A stretch of 64,000 bases of DNA from an uncultured virus (IMG/VR IMGVR_UViG_3300021142_000026). Lineage: Duplodnaviria; Heunggongvirae; Uroviricota; Caudoviricetes. Every line of letters begins with the position of its first letter. The first letter of the stretch is position 1. The stretch is from IMG/VR virus record IMGVR_UViG_3300021142_000026. One strand, 5' to 3'. The translations under genes and the position numbers were made by a program. The notes under the pieces are model-generated. The model worked only from the letters and a program-made list of their open reading frames with translations, searched no databases and had not been told where the DNA came from. Of this stretch, positions 55,772 to 64,000 are shown one piece after another.

Positions 55772-58700
55772 TTAAATGGGGTTGTTGTCTTGGGAAGGCT
55801 CACCGGAGATGCTACTAATCTGCCGGACGCCGTACATTTGAGTCACTCTAGGAATGCCAACGAGTTGAACAGTTTGACGTGTACCATATAGTTGAACCTG
55901 GTCAATCTTAGACTTAAAGGCCTGATAGAAGACAGTGAAGATATTAGAGACCTGAGTCACAGTATTAGTAAGAACCTTCGGGAAGGAACGATACACCACA
56001 GAGACCTGATTAGCAATGGCCACATAAGTATGGGTATACCTCTTAGTTACAGAGGCAATGGGTGCTTGTAAGCTAAGTAGTGTACGACCAAGTTGCTTAC
56101 CCAACACACTGACCTGAGTTGCAGTGCTAGTGAACGTATGACCAAAGGACTTAGTCAGTGTTGACACCTGGCTAGCAGTGGCAGTCAGCAGTCGAGGTGC
56201 AAACTTAGTTGCCACCACGTTGGAGCTTTGCGAGGCCGTAGCAGCCTTAGTAGTGCCAACAGTCTTAATCAGGTTGCTTACTTGCTGCACATATTGGTAG
56301 ACCAGCTTCTGCGTGTTGTTACGCACCAAACTAACCTGGTTGGCAATAGCCACAAGGGTCTTTCCAAATCCACGTGCAGTCGTGCTGATCTGAGTTACAG
56401 AGTAAGGAAGCAGCTTTTGCTGACCTTTGATGACCGTACTCACTTGCGTCACGTTGTAAGGGATAGCCTTCGTAATCCCTTTTTGCAGTGTGCTGACCTG
56501 AGAGACAAACAGGTAGTAGGTATGTGCAAGTTGCTTCTGTACTTTGGACGTTTGAGAGGCAGTTGCAATCAGAGTCTTACCAAAGACCTTGAAGAGACTA
56601 GACACTTGAGAAGCGGTAGCTACATAGGTGTGCACAAAGGCTTTAGATAAGGTAGACGTCTGAGTTGCTTGACCTGTAATAGTTTTTGTGATGCTGTTAC
56701 ATACAGAAGCAATAGGACTATTGAGTACATAAAGGAATCGACCATAATTTCTGGTCAAAGTAGAGACTTGGTTTGCAGTAGCATATGCCACCTGAGAAAT
56801 GGCACGCTTGGCAGTAGACACCGACACTTGAGAGGCAGTAGCTGTCAAGAGTCTGATGTACTGGTGTCCTGCAATCAAGGTAGAAATCTGAGTTGCTGTC
56901 TTAGTAAAGATATGGGCATACTGCTTAGTAACCGTAGAGGTCTGAGCAGCAGCATAACCTACCACCTTAGAGATGACATTGCTCAGCGTTGAGACCTGAC
57001 TTGCAGTAGCTGCCAACAGTCGGCTATAAGTACGACTTTGGTTAAGCACACTTACCTGAGAGCCAGTGGCCACAAGAGTCTTAGTAGTGCTCTTGCGGAC
57101 AGTGGAGACTTGCGTAACAGAGTTTGTCACGAACTTCGTGATCCCATTGGTCAGAGTCTTTGCACTGCCAACTGAATAAGGAATCAGCTTGGTGATGCTG
57201 TTACGCAGGGTAGAGATTTGAGAACCCGTAGCAAACAGATTCTGAACCTTCAGCTTAATAGTAGTTATGGAGGAAACTTGTGTTGCGTTGGACGTAAAGG
57301 TATGGATCCATTGTTTGTAGGCGTTAGAGGCTTGTGTCACCGAGTAAGGCACAAACTTACTAATGGCATTACGTAGGCTAGAGATCTGGCTACCTGTAGC
57401 TACCAGATTCTTGCCGAACACTTTGACAAACGTAGAGATCTGGTTGCCAGTAGCAGTCAGTGTCCTATAGAAGGTCTTGGAGGTAACAATGGTAGAGACT
57501 TGAGATGCCGTAGCCGCAGGAACCTTCTTCGTGATAGCATTCTGTAGGTTTTTAGCAGTATTTGCCGAGTAGGGTACAAACTTGCTAATGGCATTGGTCA
57601 GATTCTTCGTACTAGAAGCAGTAGCCACAAGTAACTTGCCTACAGGCTTCAAGATAGTGGAAACCTGAGAACCCGTAGCCAGCAGATTCTGGATATGCAC
57701 CTTAATAGGTGTGGAGGTTGAAACCTGCGTTGCGGAGTTCGTGATGAACTTAGCAATGCCATTAGTCAGGTTCTTAGTAGTGTTCACGGAATAAGGGAAC
57801 ACATGGCCAAATTGCTTAACCATCACAGAGATCTGAGACCCTGTAGCTGTCAGAGTCACAAACCTGCTCTTGATAAGGTTAACAATAGAAACCTGTGCCA
57901 CAGAATAAGGAATGCTCTTACTAATGGCATTGACAACCTTAGAGGTTTGAGCCAAAGAGTAAGGAACAAACTTAGTAATGCTGTTCTGCAAGTTCTTGGT
58001 CATATTTACAGAATAGGGGATAGTCTTACTAATGGCATTACGCAACACACTGATTTGGCTACCAATAGCAGTCAGGGTGATGAGGCGGCTCTTGATGGTG
58101 TTGACGCTGGAGACTTGCGATCCAGTTGCCTTGTAAATCGTGGCATACTGCTTAATGACAGTAGATACCTGACTAAAATTGTAGGGCACCTGCTTGCTAA
58201 TGGCATTTGCCACTTTGGAGGTCTGAGATGCGGTAGCTACAACAACATGACCAAAATTCTTGGTAAAGCTGCTGATCTGGGAGCCTATTGCTGTCAGAGT
58301 TCTAAAGAACGTCTTGCTGGCGTTAAGAATGGAAGTCTGCGCGGCACTATAGGGAATTGCTTTAGAAGTTCCTTTTAACACAGTTGCAGGTGCTGAAGCA
58401 TTGTTCAGCAAGTGTGTACCAATAGCCTTCAGAATGATAGAGGTTTGGTTAGCTGTTGCTGTAAAGGTTCGAGAATACACAGTGCCACCACTACCAGCAA
58501 TAAAGGTAGGTGTCGTCGTAGAGACCTGAGAACCAGTTGCTGCAGGCATCTGTGCACCAAATGCTTCTTGCACAGTTAAGCTAGTGATCGGTTGGCCAAG
58601 CCAAGGCATAGAAGGTCCAGTAGCTGCAGTACCAGACGTGGGTACATATCCAGTCGGGAAGGGATTAGCCTCAAGCTGAGGAAAGGCAAAGATGACCGTT

Positions 58701-61141
58701 GCTGCTGCGTTTGCAGATCCTGGAACAAGGCAAAAACCACCGTAAGGTGTAGAGGATGCAGGTGTATAAGAAACACTAAGCCTTTGCCACGAAGTAGTGA
58801 CAATGAGATCGGAACTATTATGATCGGTGTATGTATATCCATCAAACAAATCAAGACATACAACTTGAGTACCTGAAGCACATCTTATGTATGCAGAGAT
58901 AGTGTATGTTACCCCAGCCGCTAATGCCAGGTTGCCATATTCCCAGGCCGCGCTAGGGCTAAGTGCAACTTGGACTCCGGTGGTACCTCCCAGAGGATCA
59001 GCATAGCCTCCTGTGGCTGTTGCAGTATTGTACGCAAACCAACCATTCGCACCAGTAGGAGTTGATTGCGGAAGGAGATTTGTTGGGGCATCTAGAGTTA
59101 TTACACCGAATTGAGGATACGTCTGAGCACCCGTAGTCGTAGGCACAAGTGAAGAAGGAGCAGAGCCTGCTTCAATTTGTGACTGCCATTGATACCAATA
59201 GCCATTAGTGCCTGTATAGCTTGTGTTTATGCGTCCAGGGTTAGTGGCATAGATACTGCAACCACAGTACGGATAGTAGGTCGTGTCGCTAAGTGAGCCT
59301 GCAACCCAAACACGATACCAGCCGTTAGCTAGAGCAGTGATGCCAGATCCGACATAAATACCTGAACCTGAGACTGCCTGAAAAGTTTGAGCGCCTGTAC
59401 CAGTAAGGTCAAAGATTACATCAACATAATCCGAACCATTGGTAATGCCAATAAAGCAGTAGCGTCTGGAGACAGGCTTAATATAACGGCTAAAGCAGAT
59501 GACTTGGTTCGCCGTCGTTGACAGCGTGTAAAAGTCATTGTGTGCACCATTACTAGTGTCTTCAGTCTGCTGCTGCGCAGAGTACGTACCATCAGGTGCT
59601 AATATATTAAAGGCAGTAATAGATGAGCCGTTGTGAGTCCAATTCGAATGTGAATGGTCGTTAGACGGCCAACACAAATTGGTTACACCTGTTATGGGAT
59701 AGCTCAGAGTCCCAAGATTAGGTGTAGTCACAGACATAGAAGATGCTGTGCCCGAATAGGTCAGGCTCGCGACGTCGGCGGCGCGGCTCGCCGTCGATGA
59801 TCCAGTTGGGATGTAGGACGTAGCAACCGAACCGGCTTCGACTTGCGGACCCCAGATATAGGCGCCCGAGACGCCGTCGCCAGCGAACTGGCCGCCAACC
59901 ATCGCGAACTGAACCGCAGCTTGCGTTGGCCCGACCCAGATCGAGGGATATAGCGAGGTGGCAGTAGAGGCGATGGCGCTGATGCTTACCCGATACCAGC
60001 CATTGCGAACCGACGAACAGGTTGCCCCGAGAAGCGTTCCCGAACCGAACGTGCCGGTAAAAGCCACCAATCCAGTCGAGAGATTGACAATCGCATATCC
60101 GCCGTTGTTGTCGTTATAATCGCTCATGACCAGCCCGACGAAGTTGTCTCCATTCGCTTTGGCAAAATAACTAAACGTGTAGGGAGCAGAGGCGGTGCCG
60201 GTGATGCTCTGGTAATACATGTGCGGAACACCCAGAGAAGAAATGGGGGTAGCCGCAATCACACCAGAGGTCGTTCCGTCAGGGGCAACGACTGCCGCGC
60301 TTGCGATTGACAAGCTGATATCGTTGTTCCAGGGAAGATTTGTCGTCAGGCTTGTCGAGTAGGTCGCGAGGTTTGTCGCAGATCCCTCGACCAGCAGCCC
60401 GGCCGACGTGATGCGGGGGGCGGAAGTCGCGGCGGTCGTCGTGCGAGCGTAAGGTGTCGCTGTCGATCCAAGTCCAAGCTGCGCGCCGTAAATGTACAGA
60501 CTTCCGGCATTGCCGTCCGCACTGTTAAGGCCGACGTCCGTAGTTGAAACCGTAATCCCGGAAGCGGTCGTGAACGTGTAGGAGTATCGAACCCACGACG
60601 ACGTGGCAGTGATTGCACCGCTGTTGCCGTTTAAGTTCGTGGTGTTGTCGTACCAATTGAGCCAAAAAACGCCCGTTCCGCGCACCCACATCGAAAGCGT
60701 GTAGGTCGTCGAAGCCGCCATGACCGGCGTTCCAGGCGACAGCAAATTGGGCACAAAAACGTAGGCGTTTCCGGCTCCGGTTCCGGCATTCCATGCAATC
60801 GCATTCGCCTTATTGTCGCCGAACGGATCGGTTCCAGCGTTTGCGGAAATGCTCGAAAGGCCGCCGTTCCCCCAATAGGCAGAGAGAACGTCGTTCGAAT
60901 TTGGAAGAAGGTTTACGCCGAACCTCGTCGAGCCGTCGAGGCTGTAACCACCGGTCAAGTTGCTGAACGACCAGCCGGGATAACCTGACAAATTGTAGGG
61001 GATTTCATTATATGCATAGGCTGCCTGAGAGGCAGATGCAAACAGCATATTAATCAGGTTATAATTTTGAGTAGGAGCTGCTGGGCCTACTGAAAAGCCT
61101 TTGCCGAGATTCTGTTGACGATACAGAAGGGCAAGGGTCAT
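55772..61141 (-). CDS. large virion fibre protein: N-terminal carbohydrate-binding modules plus ~887-aa 18-residue repeat region
   Basis: repeated TNL...S, GWYRV, Q.EAG..TSYIPT, RAAD modules; then (S/T)Q(V/I/T)S every 18-20 aa. Confidence 0.85.
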   Translation of the reverse strand: MTLALLYRQQNLGKGFSVGPAAPTQNYNLINMLFASASQAAYAYNEIPYNLSGYPGWSFSNLTGGYSLDGSTRFGVNLLPNSNDVLSAYWGNGGLSSISANAGTDPFGDNKANAIAWNAGTGAGNAYVFVPNLLSPGTPVMAASTTYTLSMWVRGTGVFWLNWYDNTTNLNGNSGAITATSSWVRYSYTFTTASGITVSTTDVGLNSADGNAGSLYIYGAQLGLGSTATPYARTTTAATSAPRITSAGLLVEGSATNLATYSTSLTTNLPWNNDISLSIASAAVVAPDGTTSGVIAATPISSLGVPHMYYQSITGTASAPYTFSYFAKANGDNFVGLVMSDYNDNNGGYAIVNLSTGLVAFTGTFGSGTLLGATCSSVRNGWYRVSISAIASTATSLYPSIWVGPTQAAVQFAMVGGQFAGDGVSGAYIWGPQVEAGSVATSYIPTGSSTASRAADVASLTYSGTASSMSVTTPNLGTLSYPITGVTNLCWPSNDHSHSNWTHNGSSITAFNILAPDGTYSAQQQTEDTSNGAHNDFYTLSTTANQVICFSRYIKPVSRRYCFIGITNGSDYVDVIFDLTGTGAQTFQAVSGSGIYVGSGITALANGWYRVWVAGSLSDTTYYPYCGCSIYATNPGRINTSYTGTNGYWYQWQSQIEAGSAPSSLVPTTTGAQTYPQFGVITLDAPTNLLPQSTPTGANGWFAYNTATATGGYADPLGGTTGVQVALSPSAAWEYGNLALAAGVTYTISAYIRCASGTQVVCLDLFDGYTYTDHNSSDLIVTTSWQRLSVSYTPASSTPYGGFCLVPGSANAAATVIFAFPQLEANPFPTGYVPTSGTAATGPSMPWLGQPITSLTVQEAFGAQMPAATGSQVSTTTPTFIAGSGGTVYSRTFTATANQTSIILKAIGTHLLNNASAPATVLKGTSKAIPYSAAQTSILNASKTFFRTLTAIGSQISSFTKNFGHVVVATASQTSKVANAISKQVPYNFSQVSTVIKQYATIYKATGSQVSSVNTIKSRLITLTAIGSQISVLRNAISKTIPYSVNMTKNLQNSITKFVPYSLAQTSKVVNAISKSIPYSVAQVSIVNLIKSRFVTLTATGSQISVMVKQFGHVFPYSVNTTKNLTNGIAKFITNSATQVSTSTPIKVHIQNLLATGSQVSTILKPVGKLLVATASSTKNLTNAISKFVPYSANTAKNLQNAITKKVPAATASQVSTIVTSKTFYRTLTATGNQISTFVKVFGKNLVATGSQISSLRNAISKFVPYSVTQASNAYKQWIHTFTSNATQVSSITTIKLKVQNLFATGSQISTLRNSITKLIPYSVGSAKTLTNGITKFVTNSVTQVSTVRKSTTKTLVATGSQVSVLNQSRTYSRLLAATASQVSTLSNVISKVVGYAAAQTSTVTKQYAHIFTKTATQISTLIAGHQYIRLLTATASQVSVSTAKRAISQVAYATANQVSTLTRNYGRFLYVLNSPIASVCNSITKTITGQATQTSTLSKAFVHTYVATASQVSSLFKVFGKTLIATASQTSKVQKQLAHTYYLFVSQVSTLQKGITKAIPYNVTQVSTVIKGQQKLLPYSVTQISTTARGFGKTLVAIANQVSLVRNNTQKLVYQYVQQVSNLIKTVGTTKAATASQSSNVVATKFAPRLLTATASQVSTLTKSFGHTFTSTATQVSVLGKQLGRTLLSLQAPIASVTKRYTHTYVAIANQVSVVYRSFPKVLTNTVTQVSNIFTVFYQAFKSKIDQVQLYGTRQTVQLVGIPRVTQMYGVRQISSISGEPSQDNNPI

Positions 61142-61169
61142 TTAGGCCTCCAAATGGAGAAGGAAGGGA

Positions 61170-61201
61170 AAAGGGTCCCCATAAATAATGAGGACCCAAA
61201 A
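61170..61201. terminator. putative terminator
   Basis: AAAAGGGTCCCCAT-loop-ATGAGGACCCAAAA. Confidence 0.55.
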
Positions 61202-61245
61202 CCATAGTTCGCTAAACATAGTCATAGTTAGTAAGTAGGAGGCGC

Positions 61246-61920
61246 TTAGATCGGCACTTCTTCCCACAGCAGACGGCTGTAAACCGAGAAGGTGGTCGAA
61301 GAGACAGTGTTCAGCAGTGCCAGAACTCCCCCAGGAGGCACGATCAGCGAACCATCGATGTTCTGCACACCACCAGTCGGCACCAAGATAGAAGTAGAAA
61401 CCAGCGTGGTATACGTCAGACCAGATGGGCTAGTGAAGTCCGCGCCTTCCAGAACCACCAGGTTGTTAGTAAGACCAGTCAGTGCAACACCACCGTTGAA
61501 GGCCTTCGACAGCGAAGCACCACCAGTAAGCGTCCTACGGTTGATCGGGGCAGCTCCAAGAGTGAGAGCTGCGTTGTTAACAGAAGCAGCCCAAACGAAA
61601 GCACCAGGACCGGCACCAGAGGTCAGGTTGTTCGCGACGCACTGGAGGCCAGCCTGCAGGATACTAAGGTTCACACCAGAGCCTGGAGGATTCCAAACAC
61701 CAACAATAGGCGTAGTGGTAGCGGACAGCGAGATCGTGTTGGCAGACAGGGCAGTCAGCGAAGAACCTGCAGAATACAGGTTACCGCGATAAGCTTGTTC
61801 GTAAAAACGACCGTGCAGTTCAGAGACGATAGCATCGCCCTGCTTACCACCACGAGCGTTACCAGAAGTTGCACCGTCGGCAAGATTTTGAGGTCCAGTT
61901 TGCAGCTGAGACAGAGGCAT
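61246..61920 (-). CDS. putative virion beta-sandwich protein
   Basis: Gly/Ser/Thr-rich, ends WEEVPI; AGGAG RBS. Confidence 0.7.
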   Translation of the reverse strand: MPLSQLQTGPQNLADGATSGNARGGKQGDAIVSELHGRFYEQAYRGNLYSAGSSLTALSANTISLSATTTPIVGVWNPPGSGVNLSILQAGLQCVANNLTSGAGPGAFVWAASVNNAALTLGAAPINRRTLTGGASLSKAFNGGVALTGLTNNLVVLEGADFTSPSGLTYTTLVSTSILVPTGGVQNIDGSLIVPPGGVLALLNTVSSTTFSVYSRLLWEEVPI

Positions 61921-61930
61921 CTTAAGTCTC

Positions 61931-62257
61931 CTATGAAGGGTTGTTAGCTAAGTACGAAGGATCTGCTCGACGTTGGTCGAGGTCTACTTGCATATTGAGA
62001 CCCTCCATAAGAACTTGGGTCTGTAGGCGTAGTTCAGCTAAGATCAGCATGAACATGTAAGTTGGGTCGGGTCCCATTGCTGCCATAAGAGCTGGGAGAG
62101 GCTGAGCATTTGACACGAGGTATTCAGCATTCTGACCTCCAGCATCAAGTTGCACAACCTGAGTGTGGTACGGCAGCGGAGTAGGGTTCTGAGAACGGTC
62201 AATATCGCGGATGGTATTGCCTGCTACGCCCGCATTAATAACTGTACCGTCTGACAT
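61931..62257 (-). CDS. hypothetical virion-associated protein
   Basis: GGAGG RBS; within structural cluster. Confidence 0.7.
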   Translation of the reverse strand: MSDGTVINAGVAGNTIRDIDRSQNPTPLPYHTQVVQLDAGGQNAEYLVSNAQPLPALMAAMGPDPTYMFMLILAELRLQTQVLMEGLNMQVDLDQRRADPSYLANNPS

Positions 62258-62284
62258 CTAAACCTCCGCTATAACTGCCTTGGA

Positions 62285-62316
62285 TTTGGGGGAGCCCACA
62301 AACAGACTCCCCCTCC
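62285..62316 (-). terminator. hairpin / partial terminator
   Basis: GGGGGAG..CTCCCCC stem just 3' of ORF 62341-62817; weak U-run. Confidence 0.4.
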
Positions 62317-62340
62317 TCTTAGCCAACCACCTAGTGGGGC

Positions 62341-62817
62341 TTAGGCGGCGACGAACTTGGTCTGGAAGGTGAAGGCGATCGAGTCACCAGAGTTCACGTT
62401 CACAGCCGAGAAGATGGCGTGGATCAGCAGGTTACCTGCAGACACAGCATCCAGAAGACCAGCTTCGGTGATGGCCAAAGACGATGTTGCAGTTACAGTT
62501 CCAGCAACCTGATAGGTATCATTGGTCACCGTGGTAGTGGCACGAGTTTCAGTACCAACCGTACGACCACCAGAAGTGGTAGGCGCAGATTCAGTCTGAA
62601 GCGCAGTATCCGCCACAGCAGCAGCAGTCGTTCCGATACCCCAGCCAATGTTCTTGGCAGCAGTACCAGCCTGAATGATACGGTTCGTAACAATAGCCAC
62701 ACCAGCGCTGGTAAGCACAGTGGCCAGCGAAGTCAAGCCCTTCTTCAGTTCATCCAGAAGAATGTCAGACACAGAAGGAGGCGACCAAGGCCTCGGGGCA
62801 ACAACAGCTTGATTCAT
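62341..62817 (-). CDS. small virion protein, tail-collar/fibre N-terminal-like fold (candidate filament subunit)
   Basis: T.AG...IGWG.G.TAA..ADTAL.TE...ITEAGL......G.L...GDS..FT; GGAG RBS before ATG 62817. Confidence 0.7.
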   Translation of the reverse strand: MNQAVVAPRPWSPPSVSDILLDELKKGLTSLATVLTSAGVAIVTNRIIQAGTAAKNIGWGIGTTAAAVADTALQTESAPTTSGGRTVGTETRATTTVTNDTYQVAGTVTATSSLAITEAGLLDAVSAGNLLIHAIFSAVNVNSGDSIAFTFQTKFVAA

Positions 62818-62885
62818 TGGAGGTCTCCAATTGGGGTTGACGGGACGAAAAGAAAAGCAGAGCTGACTAATCAAGGTCTACAAGA

Positions 62886-63269
62886 TTAGGCAGCAGGAAC
62901 ATCGCTAGGAGGAGCAGGGTCAGCGGCAAGAGGAGTATCAGCCACAGGAGCAGGGTCAGCAACCACAGGAGCAACTGTCGGAGCAGATGCAGGAACAGCT
63001 GCCTTAAGTGAGGCCACAGCGGTATTGATCTTGGCGACAGCGGCTTCCACACCAGCAGCATCTCCATTAGCCGAGGCCGCAGCCAGTTCAGCAGTCAGGG
63101 TCGCAATCTCATCAGTGGCTGCATGAACAGCATCACCCAAAGCAGCAACCGAAGCGTTCAGGTCATCGAGTTCTTGGGACATTTTATCTACCTTCTGTTG
63201 GAGGACAAAGATCTCATGCGTAAGGGCGTGAGTTGCAGCAAGCTGTAGGGTTTCTGCATTATGCCGCAT
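62886..63269 (-). CDS. acidic Ala-rich coiled-coil protein
   Basis: heptad pattern, Pro/Ala tail; start uncertain. Confidence 0.7.
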   Translation of the reverse strand: MRHNAETLQLAATHALTHEIFVLQQKVDKMSQELDDLNASVAALGDAVHAATDEIATLTAELAAASANGDAAGVEAAVAKINTAVASLKAAVPASAPTVAPVVADPAPVADTPLAADPAPPSDVPAA

Positions 63270-63281
63270 TTCAGGCCCTTT

Positions 63282-63905
63282 CTATTCTTCAGACCACACG
63301 ACGTTGATGTCGAGTGCTCCACCAGCCGGCCAAGCAACACCCGTAAGAGTCGTTGGGTTGCCAGCAAGGTTTACACAGAAGTAGTCATTTACACCACGAA
63401 GCACGGGTGCTTGCTCATTGATCCAGGAATACTGCAAAGCCAGACGGTCAATGGAGCCGTTAGCAGCAGGTGCAAGGTTCAGACGACCACCGTCCGAGAA
63501 TCCACCATCAACAACCGTACCAAGACCGGTAGGTGCAGCAGACCACAGTCTCAGTGTAGCTGAAGCCATGTCATTTACAGTGTCACGACGAGGCGTAACA
63601 AGAGTAGAAGAAGCTCCACCAGTGTTAGCACCATTACGCCGAACAGTGTTGATGAAGATGTTCGTAGGCGAAGTTGCAATGCCTGCAAACGTCAGCGTTC
63701 TGATACGGATGGTCTTGGTAGTAGAACCCTGAATCGTCAGAATATCAGTCGGCGTTGCATACGGAACATAACCCTGCGTGAAAGCAGCATACGAACCACG
63801 CATAGGTTCGTTGTCTGACAGCTGGATCTTCCAACCTTTCCCGTCGTTAGAGTCGAGGTACATCAACTCATCGCCAGGAGGAATAACAATCTTGTAGTTC
63901 GACAT
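63282..63905 (-). CDS. putative virion beta-sandwich protein
   Basis: AAGGAG RBS; ends VVWSEE like ORF 61246-61920. Confidence 0.7.
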   Translation of the reverse strand: MSNYKIVIPPGDELMYLDSNDGKGWKIQLSDNEPMRGSYAAFTQGYVPYATPTDILTIQGSTTKTIRIRTLTFAGIATSPTNIFINTVRRNGANTGGASSTLVTPRRDTVNDMASATLRLWSAAPTGLGTVVDGGFSDGGRLNLAPAANGSIDRLALQYSWINEQAPVLRGVNDYFCVNLAGNPTTLTGVAWPAGGALDINVVWSEE

Positions 63906-63938
63906 GGGCTACTCCTTATTGAGGGTTACAGGAGAGCC

Positions 63939-64000
63939 TTACGGAGAGGTCGGAGCCACATAATCCGGAGTCAGGAAGTCCGCAGTGACACGAGCACCAA
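63939..64000 (-). CDS. 3' end of a gene truncated by the window edge
   Basis: open frame ...ARVTADFLTPDYVAPTSP-stop. Confidence 0.4.
   Translation of the reverse strand, partial: GARVTADFLTPDYVAPTSP

Overview
The window is part of a ~50% GC tailed-phage genome of siphovirus type. The host is probably an alphaproteobacterium (Caulobacter-like); this is inferred from a stand-alone DnaA domain-IV gene, a GcrA-like HTH, a class II RNR and apparently leaderless genes. Layout: 1-5.4 kb, small leftward early genes, most with their own promoter. 5.7-34.5 kb, a rightward DNA-metabolism arm: primase-helicase, RuvC-like resolvase, HNH, ligase, dCTP deaminase, SNF2 helicase, exonuclease/Sak4/SSB, a 7-deazaguanine cluster (queC-queD-queE plus a divergent TGT/DpdA-fold gene), a UDG-PolA fusion, NrdJ, dNMP kinase, folE and a purine phosphoribosyltransferase. 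34.7-64 kb, a leftward virion arm: spanins, endolysin, tail tip, tape measure, frameshifted chaperone, tail tube, connectors, HK97-fold capsid, decoration, protease, and an unusual cluster upstream of the head genes. Terminase and portal are not in the window. I saw no integrase, tRNA or CRISPR array. The two most promising systems: (1) a deazaguanine DNA-modification pathway with its own PRTase, kinase and reductase, possibly working at the nucleotide level; (2) a 1789-aa protein with carbohydrate-binding modules and ~887 consecutive residues of 18-aa repeats with no Asp or Glu, next to small beta-sandwich genes, a candidate ruler-templated head filament. All calls come from reading motifs by eye; no database searches were run.
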